Shown: one piece after another, positions 1-10,600 of the stretch | How positions within the stretch are numbered: position 1 is the first letter of the stretch | How the letters are laid out: each line of letters starts with the position of its first letter | Assembly: GCA_002104945.1 (NCBI GenBank) | Contig: MCFH01000184.1 | Span: 1-20,081, forward strand | Length of the DNA stretch: 20,081 nt | Reading direction: 5' to 3' | Origin: Piromyces finnis finn | Taxonomy: Eukaryota > Fungi > Neocallimastigomycota | Position numbers and translations under genes: made by a program | Notes under the pieces: model-generated | Database searches by the model: none | Seen by the model: the letters and a program-made list of their open reading frames with translations, nothing else | Told to the model about the DNA's origin: nothing

Positions 1-2285
1 GGGTAATGCATTTTCAGTGAATATTGCAGAACAAACTACCAATAACGAGATGTATATTTATTGTATTTTATACAATTAAATTTTTTTTTCTATATTAATT
101 TTAATAATCTATTTTTCATTTAATATATTGATATTTTACGTTCTAATATTTTTATAATGCTTATTTCATTATTTTAGTAATGATGAAATAAAAGGAAAGG
201 TTTTAACTCAAGATGTAAATAGCAGAAATTTGATAAATATAAAAAAAGTAAACAATATGAAGAATGGAATGTATTGATAATTATTGTAATAATTATTATG
301 TCAATGGTCAAAAAAATATTGAAAAAGAATGTATAATGAAGTTAAAGATTATAAAAATGATGAAGTAAATAAAAAGAATTCTATTAATCCAGATTCTCTA
401 AAAAGTGAAAAGGTTAATGATTTATCAATATAATTAAAATTGATTCTAGTAATTCTGATAATAATTTACATGTATCCAATAATTGCAATCAAATTGGTAG
501 AAGTGCTTCCGGAGTTAATCAAGATAATTATTTATCATTATGTCGCCAATCTAGTAATTATAGTTCAACAATTGTTAATGATAATAGTAAATACTCCAGT
601 GCTACTACAGTTAATAGAAATAATAGCATTAATTGTATAATTCAAGTTATGTTGAAGAGATACTTAAAGATCATCATGAAGATATGAATACAAACTAATA
701 TTAATGATGTTTTAAGCAGTGGATTCATTAGTCATGAAGATTTATTAGATAATTTTTGATAATGGCACTTCTCCATTAACCAAATAACTACACTCTATAT
801 CTTATGACTCGAACGTAAACAAAGAATTGAAAAACTTTTCTAAAAATAATAATGAATTAAATAATAATAAAGATACTGATAATAATTTATATTAAATCAA
901 ATAAGCGAAAATAATGATGTATATCTCGATATTAAAAGATGACGAAAGTAGTTGTGGTAGTTCAAAGATTATTCATATAATTATGATGATGAATATGTAA
1001 ATAGGGAAACTACTTTTTAATAATAAAGATATTATACAAGATAATAATATTTGATTATGAATATAATCCGACTATTATGATATATGGAGTTTAAAGAAGA
1101 TAATAATATATTAAATGACAATTATTCTAATGATAGATATAATGATAATAATGCAGAAAATTATAATTATAATTCAAGTTATAAAAGTTCATATTCAGAT
1201 ACCTACAAATAAAAATAAATATAAAGGATTTCAAGAATTTAAAAGTACAGCTAATTCATCAAGTTACTTCTTAAATAAAACTGAAAAACAAAAACAGATT
1301 CTCAAATTATGCTTTTCCGAAATTGCTAAACAAATAAATAAAGAAAAAATTAAGGTATATAATAGTAAACCATTCTCGATTAGTTCACAAAATAGTACAG
1401 ATGATTGTTCTAGTATATTAAATTATGTACCATCGAAGCAAACATATATCCAAAAGATGCTGGCTATACAAATGAAAACTCTATGTCAACGTCAAAATTA
1501 AATTCTAAAGTATTTAATGATTCAGCAATATTCAGTGATAATAATTCAACATCAGTTCTTCAAATTACTCGATCAAACAGTGTCATAGTAACCAATGGTA
1601 TAAATATTAAAATTATTATTTATATATATATAATACTAATACGATTAATGAAAAATAATAAATCAATAATAATATTTATTTGTTTTTTTTTTAAAAAAAA
1701 AAAAAACTGTATTTTAAATTTTTTTATTAGAAAATGATTTTAATGGTAATAAAAAATAACAAATTTAATAAGAGAAAGTCAATATAATTTAAGAAACTTA
1801 AAAATCTTAAATTAAATGATAAGCCAAAAGATAATAAAATGGCTGTAAGATATAATTCATGTTCAAACACTTTTAATTGATAACACAATTACAACAGCTG
1901 ATATGGATGATACTATAAGATGGAAGTTGTAATAATAGTGAACTAATAAAAATAATAAATATCATATATTATTTTTTTATTTGATGAAGTAACTCATATA
2001 ATATGATCACAATTTTAATGAATAATAAATAGTGTAAACATTAGCGATATTATATAGAATAAGGGCAAACCATAAAAAAAATGTCAAATTAGTTACTAAT
2101 AAAATTTTTTCAGAAAAATAACCCATTGACAGTATGTAAATAATATTATAATTTTTATATATACCCTATGAATTGAATTTAACTTTTATATAAAATAGAT
2201 GCATCCTAGATTTTCTCCAAATCCACCAACTGAAAAGGAAAATATAAAGTTTTAAAAAGTTATTCATCAGCAGAATATTACTGTT
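1..2285 (+). CDS. CCNY: Mirror copy of the cyclin Y-like gene (partial; window starts at the G of ATG). It extends ~170 nt further into the cyclin box than the minus copy.
   Basis: Exons are approximately 1-51, 178-1597, 1731-~1922, ~2032-2130 and 2199-~2285. The last two read ..RIRANHKKNVKLVTNKIFSEK..PLT|..HPRFSPNPPTEKENI(Y)KFLK.., comparable to cyclin Y DIFDENLHPL...PEQKQIYRFVRTLFSAA. Track ORFs 1115-1501 and 1483-1737 contain parts of the true frame. Confidence 0.7.
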
Positions 2286-4457
2286 ATAATATAAAGATAT
2301 ATATATATATTATAATTTATCATTCAAGGTATATATTTATTCTTGAAGAAAAATTTTAATTAGTAACTAATTTACATTTTTTTTATGGTTTGCCCTTATT
2401 CATATAAATATCGCTAATGTTACACTATTATTATTCATTAAAATTGTGATCATATATATGAGTTACTTCATCAAATAAAAAATAATATTGATATTTATTA
2501 TTTTATTAGTATCACTATTTACAACTTACCATCTTATAGTATCATCCATATCAGCTGTTGTAATTGTGTTATCAATTAAAAGTGTTGAACATGAATTATA
2601 TCTTACACCATTTTATTATCTTTTGGCTTATCATTTAATTTAAGATTCTTTAAGTTTCTTAAATTATATTGACTTTCTCTATAAATTTGTTATTTTTATT
2701 ACCATTAAAATCATTTTCTAATAAAATAAATTTAAAATACAGTTTTTTTTTTTTTTAAAAAAAAAAACAAATAAATATTATTATTGATTTATTATTTTCA
2801 TTAATCGCTATTAATTATATATACATAAATAATAATTTAATATTTATACCAGGTTACTATGACACTGTTTGATCGAGTAATTTGAAGAACTGATGTTGAA
2901 TTATTATCACTGAATATTGCTGAATCATTAAATACTTTAGAATTAATTTGACGTTGACATAGAGTTTTCATTTGTATTAGCCAGCATCTTTTGGATATAA
3001 TGTTTGCTTCGATGGTACATAATTTAATATACTAGAAACAATCATCTGTACTATTTGTGAACTAATCGAGAATGGTTTACTATTATATACCTTAATTTTT
3101 TCTTTATTTATTTGTTTAGCAATTTCAGGGAAAAGCATAATTTGGAATCTGTTTTTGTTTTTTCAGTTTTATTTAAGAAGTAATTGATGAATTAGCTGTA
3201 CTTTTAAATCTTGAAATCCTTTATATTTATTTTTTATTTGATAGGTATCTGAATATGAACTTTTATAACTTGAATTATAATTATAATTTTCTGCATTATT
3301 ATCATTATATCTATCATTAGAATAATTGTCATTTAATAATTATTATCTTCTTTAACACTCCATATATCATAATAAGTCGGATTATATTCATAATCAATAA
3401 ATATTATCTTGTATAATATCTTTATTATTAAAAAAGTAGTTTCCCATATTTACATATTCATCATCATAATTATATGATAATCTTTTGAACTACCACAACT
3501 ACTTTCGTCATCATTTTTAATATCGAGATATACATCATTATTTTCGCTTATTTGATTTAATAATAAATTATTATCATATCTTTATTATTATTTAATTCAT
3601 TATTATTTTTAGAAAAGTTTTTCAATTCTTTGTTTACGTTCGAGTCATAAGATATAGAAGTGTAGTTATTTGGGTTAATGGAAGAAGTGCCATTATCAAA
3701 ATTATCTAATAAATCTTCATGACTAATGAATCCACTGCTTAAAACATCATTAATATAGTTTGTATCATATCTTCATGATGATCTTTAAGTATCTCTTCAA
3801 CATAACTTGAATTATGACAATTAATGCTATTATTTCTATTAACTGTAGTAGCACTGGAGTATTTACTATTATCATTAACAATTGTTGAACTATAATTACT
3901 AGATTGGCGACATAATGATAAATAATTATCTTGATTAACTCCGGAAGCACTTCTACCAATTTGATTGCAATTATTGGATACATGTAAATTATTATCAGAA
4001 TTACTAGAATCAATTTTAATTATATTGATATAATCATTAACCTTTTCACTTTTTAGAGAATCTGGATTAATAGAATTCTCATTTTTATTTACTTCATCAT
4101 TTTTATAATCTTTAACTTCATTTATACATTCTTTTCAATATTTTTTTGACCATTGACATAATAATTATTACAATAATTATCAATACATTCCATTTCTTCA
4201 TAGTTGTTACTTTTTTTTATATTTATCAAATTTCTGCTATTATCATCTTGAGTTAAAACCTTTCCTTTTATTTCATCATTACTAAAATAATGAAATAAGC
4301 ATTATAAAAATATTAGAACGTAAAATATCAATATATTAAATGAAAAATAGATTATTAAAATTAATATAGAAAAAAAAATTTAATTGTATAAAATACAATA
4401 AATATACATCTCGTTATTGGTAGTTTGTTCTGCAATATTCACTGAAATGCATTACCC
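1..4457. repeat. Large inverted repeat (palindrome). Arms are ~1-2112 and ~2345-4457, centre ~2229, with a degenerate mirror inward to ~2165/2290.
   Basis: Bases 1-60 (gggtaatgcattttcagtgaatattgcagaac...) are the reverse complement of 4457 leftward. The match holds wherever checked (e.g. aagggcaaaccataaaa at ~2061 vs ttttatggtttgccctt at ~2381). Differences between arms are predominantly 1-2 nt indels. Confidence 0.97.
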
Positions 4458-4459
4458 AT
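2345..4459 (-). CDS. CCNY: Cyclin Y-like protein, 5' part (spliced; truncated at the fold-back). This copy is continuous with the upstream genomic context.
   Basis: ATG at 4459 gives MGNAF(S)VNIAEQTTNNE, followed by a GT-AG intron and a long Asn-rich exon. Downstream it reads RYNSCSTLLIDNTITTADMDDTIR|CVTLAI (gtaagt intron inside the C codon). This matches the cyclin Y motif [31 protein letters not shown] as recalled. Several indel frameshifts are present. Confidence 0.75.
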
Positions 4460-4849
4460 AATTATTAATATTATTACATATAAATTTTGTAAATAATTTA
4501 GAAAAAAAATTATTTTAAAAAAAATTTTTTTCTCAATTACAGAAAAAGAAAAATTTTAAAAGAATAACTTTTTTTATAATTTATTATATGATTTTAAGAT
4601 ATTACATAAATTGAGATAAAAATAAAAATAGAATTGAAAATTTTAATAATTTTTCTAGGTAAGAAAAAACTTTATATTCAATAATAATCATATAGTATAA
4701 TAGTAATACCAATATATAACAACACTTATAATGTTAATTCTATCAATATTACAACTACTACCATTAATTATTAGTAATAATAATAATATTATTATTATTG
4801 TTGTTATAAATAAGTCGTTAAAAATATTAAAATATTGTTATAGAAATAA

Positions 4850-4883
<34 letters not shown>

Positions 4884-4907
4884 TAATAATAATAATAATA
4901 ATAATAA
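4850..4907. repeat. (AAT)n microsatellite
   Basis: Two near-perfect AAT runs separated by an extra A or two. Confidence 0.9.
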
Positions 4908-5250
4908 AAATATATATCCTATAATTAAAAGATAATTTCTAATTAGAATTAATTTTTTTAAAGATTTTAAAACATTTTATATTTAGTAATAACTATTATT
5001 ATAATTAGATATTTAATTTTTTTATAAACATTTTAAATTACATTTTCAAAAAAATATTAATAATAAAGTTTATATATTTAATTTTATTACAAAATAATAA
5101 AGAAAAAGAATAGTAAAAAACATACTTAATTTCAATTTCTTATTATTATTTCAATTAGTTTCATTTTTATTTTATTCTAGAATTATTTTAACTTTATTAT
5201 TTCGCTTATAATTACATGAATAAAAATATTTTCATTACAAGAAATTATTT

Positions 5251-5264
5251 GTTACTATGGATAT
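5251..5264. promoter_or_regulatory. RFX X-box-like motif GTTACTATGGATAT
   Basis: Matches the X-box consensus GTHNYYATRRNAAC/ATAC at all but the last base. It lies ~790 nt upstream of the cyclin Y-like ATG and ~90 nt past the UBC13 stop. Confidence 0.3.
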
Positions 5265-5353
5265 TATTATTTATTATATTTTTTTAGTTAAATATGTTTT
5301 TTCCTATTTTTTTTTATTTTTGGATATTTTTATTTATAACGAATTTAGTTTAT

Positions 5354-6295
5354 TTATTTTGCATATTTTTGAGTCCATTCCTTAGCTTCATATATATATA
5401 ATAAAATTACCATTAATATGAATTATTTTAGTGATATATAATAAAATCTTTTAATAATATAATCATTACCAGTAGCAATAGCTTGTTCTTTATTTGTTTT
5501 CCATTCTTGAGCAACATCATTAGCAAGTGGATCATCTGGGTTTGGATCTAATTTTACAATAAATAAATAATCATATTATAATAATTATTATTATTAAAAT
5601 AAAATCGATTTAACTTATTAAATTTTTGTTGAAATATTAAAATATTTACCTGATAATAAAACTTGAATTGATAATAAAACAGTACGGATTTGATGAGCTG
5701 GAGACCACTTATCTATTTATTTTTATTTTTTATTTTATATATAATATATTATGTATATATTCAACCATTAATTATTTTTTTTTTTTTGTTTAAGTTATTG
5801 AATAATTACCTTTAAGAATATCAAGGCATATTCTACCTAATATCAATATTTGGATGATAAATTTTAGTTAAAAATCTAACTTTTGGTGGGACATTGGATA
5901 TTCTTCTGGGAGGAAAAGTTCAAGCTTAAATTTACCACCTTAAAATATAAATTGTAAATGATTATTTTCATATACCATAAATACATTTTTAGAATTTTTT
6001 TTTTTTTAATTCATGTAATACCTTCGTATGGAGATGAATCTGGTCCAGAAATTTCTACATCAAAGTAACGTAAATTATCTTCGTGAGGAACAGCTGAAAT
6101 TCCTGGAGTTGGTTCAGCCATTAATCCTTTCAGTTTCCTAATAATAAAATTGATATACAAATAATAATTATATAATATTTAATGATCTATTAATACATAT
6201 TCTAATTAAATTGCTTTTTAGAAACAGAGATTTAAAAATATAAATTAAAATAAAAATATTTGAATTACCTTTATAATTCTCTTTGGTAAAGCCAT
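5354..6295 (-). CDS. UBC13: Ubiquitin-conjugating enzyme E2 N (Ubc13), 6 exons
   Basis: Exons are 6295-6269, 6137-6022, 5938-5810, 5712-5650, 5547-5470 and 5385-5354. They give MALPKRIIK|[38 protein letters not shown]|[33 protein letters not shown](K)[10 protein letters not shown]|[21 protein letters not shown]|[26 protein letters not shown]|[10 protein letters not shown]. The HPN motif and catalytic Cys are present. Two indels (~6126, ~5841) must be corrected. Confidence 0.96.
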
Positions 6296-7307
6296 TTTTT
6301 AATTACTAGAATAAAATATATTTATTTATACATATAATTAAATTTAGTTCATTTATTTTATTACTTCTTATAAGAATTATTTTTACATTTATTTAATATT
6401 GCTTTTAATTAATATATTTTTTATTGTTATTATCTTTATCATTACTACTATTATCATTATCTATTTATTGCAGAGAGTAAATGTTTGTATATGAACAATA
6501 ATTTTAATTAATAATATTTTTTTTTTTTTTTGATATATTTATTATAATTTTTTTATAGCTTTATAAAATTATACTTTAAAATTTTGAAATTAACTTAATA
6601 TTATATACATTGATTATTACTCTTGACGATGTTAAAAGGTCAAATATGGTATTTTGATTTAGTAAACAAATTTAGTAAAAACTTGTTTAATTCTTGATAA
6701 CATTTTTATATAATAACATTGAACGATCTCTTTCTTCCGTTTTATATTATATTAGGTTTAATATTTTTGAAGATCAAGTATTTTATTGATTTTACAGTAT
6801 ATATACATATTTCATGTAATTTCTACGAATTTATTATATAATTACTTTTCAATAGTACACTTTGGAATATAATATATTTATTTAATACTCTTTAAATATT
6901 ATAAATTATCTTTTCCAATTTTTAAAATTTTAAATTAATTGTAGTTTTCTTCCATATTTTTATCTTCATGTTTACTTTATTAAATAATTATGATATATAT
7001 CCTTTTTTTTAAAAAAAAAAAAAAAAACTTTACTAAAATTTATATTAGGCTTACATTTTATAATTAAACTAAACCAATTAATAATTTTTAAATTAGTTTA
7101 TTTAAAAATTAAATTTTTTTTTTTTTAAAAAAAAAAAAGAAAGTATAGGAAAAAATTAAACACTTTATATATTTTAATTATTTATTAAAGTATTTTATTA
7201 ATTTATAATATATTATTTAATATATAATCTATTTTAAAAATATATTCTAATTTAAAAAAATATTTTTTTAATAACTTGTTATTATTTTTCTTTTTTTTAA
7301 AAAAATC

Positions 7308-7321
7308 GTTACTATGGCAAT
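7308..7321. promoter_or_regulatory. RFX X-box-like motif GTTACTATGGCAAT
   Basis: Matches GTHNYYATRRNAAC at 13/14 positions. It lies in the divergent UBC13/DOA1 intergenic region, ~326 nt upstream of the DOA1 ATG. Confidence 0.4.
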
Positions 7322-7441
7322 ATTTCTAATAGTAATTATATACACCTAATACTTATTTTATAAATGTAACACAAGTTTAATATATTTTTTTTATTTTAAA
7401 AATTAATTAAATAATAGATATTTATTTTAATTTTATATATA

Positions 7442-7447
7442 CACGTG
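7442..7447. promoter_or_regulatory. E-box CACGTG (bHLH site candidate)
   Basis: A perfect palindromic CACGTG in very AT-rich intergenic DNA, ~200 nt upstream of DOA1. Confidence 0.3.
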
Positions 7448-7646
7448 ATATTAATAAAAATAAATCTAAACGATTCACTTTTGTATTTATTTGTATCTTT
7501 CTTTTATATAATTTTTAAATTTAATGTGTTTAAATGTTTTAGATAATTGTTAATTTTTTGGATTTATCAAATATTTTATCTCTAAAAAATAGAAAATAAT
7601 AACATAGTATATTTATATATTTTTGAAGATCACAAATATTACTAAT

Positions 7647-10600
7647 ATGGAAAGTTACAAACTCTCAGCCAATTGATGGGTCATAATCTTGATGTATGAA
7701 ATTATTATTGTTTATTATTTAAATATATATTTATATTTAAATATAAATATTTATTTTTAAATTAAATATCATTTATCAGTATTAAATTAATTAATTAATA
7801 GTATATGTCAATTGTAAAAAATATAGTAAAATGAAATTTAGTAATTTCATTCTAATTCTTATAATATTTAATATATTTACATTTAATATAAAAATTCTCT
7901 GAAAAATTATTTGTAATATTATTATTTAAGGTACGCGGTATTGATTATGATCAAAATAATAATATAGTTTCAGCTTCAAGAGATAGTACTGTTATTTCTT
8001 GGAAAAAAAATATTGATAATACATACGAACCGGAATTTAATTATGCTTTTCACAAAGGTTATGTCATTTGTCTTTATTATCTTAAACCAAATTCTCAATA
8101 TCCTAAAGGTTATTCATTATTATTATTATTATTGTTATTGTTATTATTATTATTATAACAATTAAATTTAATTATGAAGTTGTATAAAATTTAATAATAT
8201 TAAATGACTAATTGTAAAATCCCATCCTATATATTATATAAATTTTTTTTTATATTCATAAATCACACTTTTAATAGGTTTAATCTTAAGTGGCGGTGTT
8301 GATAAAACTATAAATGTTTTTGAACCAGAATCTACAGAACCTTTATATATTCTAATTGGTCATGATAATACAGTTTCTTCAATTTCAAGTACACCAGATG
8401 GTTCTATTATATCTGGTTCATGGGATAAGTAAATATTTTAATTAAATATATTTGAATATTTGAATAATAATTTTTTAAAAAATTGGTAATAATTATTATA
8501 ATTATTATATCATAAACAAAAGTACTGCTAAAATATGGAAAAATTGGAATTGTCAATATACTTTAAAGGGTCATACTCTAGCTATTTGGGCTGTTTAGGG
8601 TTATCTGATAACAAAGTTTTAACAGGTAATTAAAATATAAGATTATTATAAATATCTTTTTCATTTAAATAGCATTTAATTAAAATTAAATATATAGCAT
8701 CTGCTGATAAATCAATAAAACTATGGGAAAATGATAAATGTCTCCATACCTTTGTGGGTCATGCTGATTGTGTTAGAGGTCTTGCAAGCATATCAGATAA
8801 TAAATTTGTTTCATGCTCTAATGATGGGTATTTTTTAATATATTAAAAATAAAGATATAATTATAATTTTTTATTTTAATTTAAATGCTTATTAAAATAA
8901 ACATATATATTTATATATTTATAAATTATATAGTTCATTAAGAATTTGGGATATAAATGGTGATTGTTTAAATGAATTATACAGCCATACTGCTTTTGTA
9001 TATTGTGTTAAATATAATGCTATTACTGATGAAATCATTCTTGTGGTGAAGATAGAACTATTAAAATTTGGAAAGGTTTCATTATTGTTGTATTATTTGA
9101 ATTTAAAAGTTATTTATATAATTAAATTAATTTCAAAATAATAATTTTTAAAATTTTTCCCATTTTTTATTATAAGATAATGAATGTAAACAAACTATAA
9201 GTCATCCTGCAGTTTCTGTTTGGTGTGTTCAAGTTTTACAAAATGGTGATATAGTTAGTGGTGCTAGTGATAATGTTATAAGAGTGTTTACAAGAAGTAC
9301 TGAAAGGTTAGCAAGCGATGAGTTAATTAAAGTGGGTACTTTTTATTATTGATTATTTTTAAACATATAAACAATTTTTAATTTCGTTATTTATATAATT
9401 GTAAAATAGCAATTTGAAGATTCAGTTTCGAACTTTGCTGTAGCATCGTATATATTTTATATGAAATGAATATGTATATAAAAAATATATTCTTTTAAAT
9501 TAATCAATTTTATATTTTTTTAAAATTAGTGATGGATCAAATATTGACAAGAATGAAATTAAAGATAAAAGTTTTCTTGATACTCCTGGTAAAAAGGATG
9601 GTCAAGTTGCAATGATTAAGAATGGAAAAGATGTCGAAGCATATCAAGTTTGTATATAATTAACATTTTAATAATAAAATTCATCATCTAATAAATCAAA
9701 ATATATATTTTTTAGTGGAGTAATACTGATCAAAAATGGATTAAAGTTGGTGTTGTTGTTTCAACATCATCAAATAAGACATTATTCGAAGGAAAAGAAT
9801 ATGATTATGTTTTTGATATTGATATTGGTGATGGAAGTATTTTACGTCTTCCATATAACGCTACTGGTAAATCAATTAACTTATAATCAAAAAAAAAAAT
9901 AAAACGATATAAAAGAGAATATAAAGAGTATCTAATTTTAAATTTAAATATATAATATATATTATTTTTATTACTAAAATATTAAAGAAAATCCATATCA
10001 AGCTGCACAAGAATTTATCTGGAAACATGAATTATCGCAAGATTTTCTTGATCAAATTGCAATGTTTATAATTAATAACTCAAAACCAGTAGTTTTAGAT
10101 CAAAATACAACAAAATCAACAGCTGCAACACCATTCACATGTAAATTAAATTATTATTATGTTAACCATTTTAATTAATACTTAATAATATTTTTTTCAT
10201 TTGTAGCATCAAGATATGTACCTGGTGGTGATAATAACAGTTAGTATATATAAATTAATATTTTAATTTTATTTTAACACTCTTGATATTAATATTTTAT
10301 AATTGTTATTTTTTTTAATATTAAATATCTAAAGATAATATAAGCAATTCTACAGCTGCAACACCATTTACATGTAATTTAACATATAATTTAGTAATGA
10401 TTGTATTTTTTTTAATTTATTTATTTATATTATTTATTCAAATTTAAAAGCTTCAAGATACGTCCCTGGTGGAAATGGTATAAATAAACTAAATTTATAC
10501 AAAAATTTCTGAAATATTATTAATTTTTTTTTTTTAAAAAATTATATTTCTGTTAAATTTTTTTAAAATAAAGTTCAAGTTAATACTGTAAGTTGTATAT

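Noticed and set aside
440-640. Ile-rich 66-aa ORF (+) and its 82-aa mirror at 3765-4013 (-), resembling small membrane proteins or a duplicated toxin
   Set aside because: These are shifted-frame readings of the AAT-rich (Asn) cyclin exon, where AAT AAT reads as ATA ATA. They are identical only because of the palindrome.
1-4457. Palindrome as terminal inverted repeats of a DNA transposon or as a hairpin telomere
   Set aside because: The arms consist wholly of a spliced host gene. No transposase lies between them, and there are no target-site duplications or telomeric repeats.
7000-7140. T-tract/A-tract palindromes (TnAn) as cruciform elements, also at ~1683-1706
   Set aside because: These are expected in DNA this AT-rich, and there is no specific conserved context.
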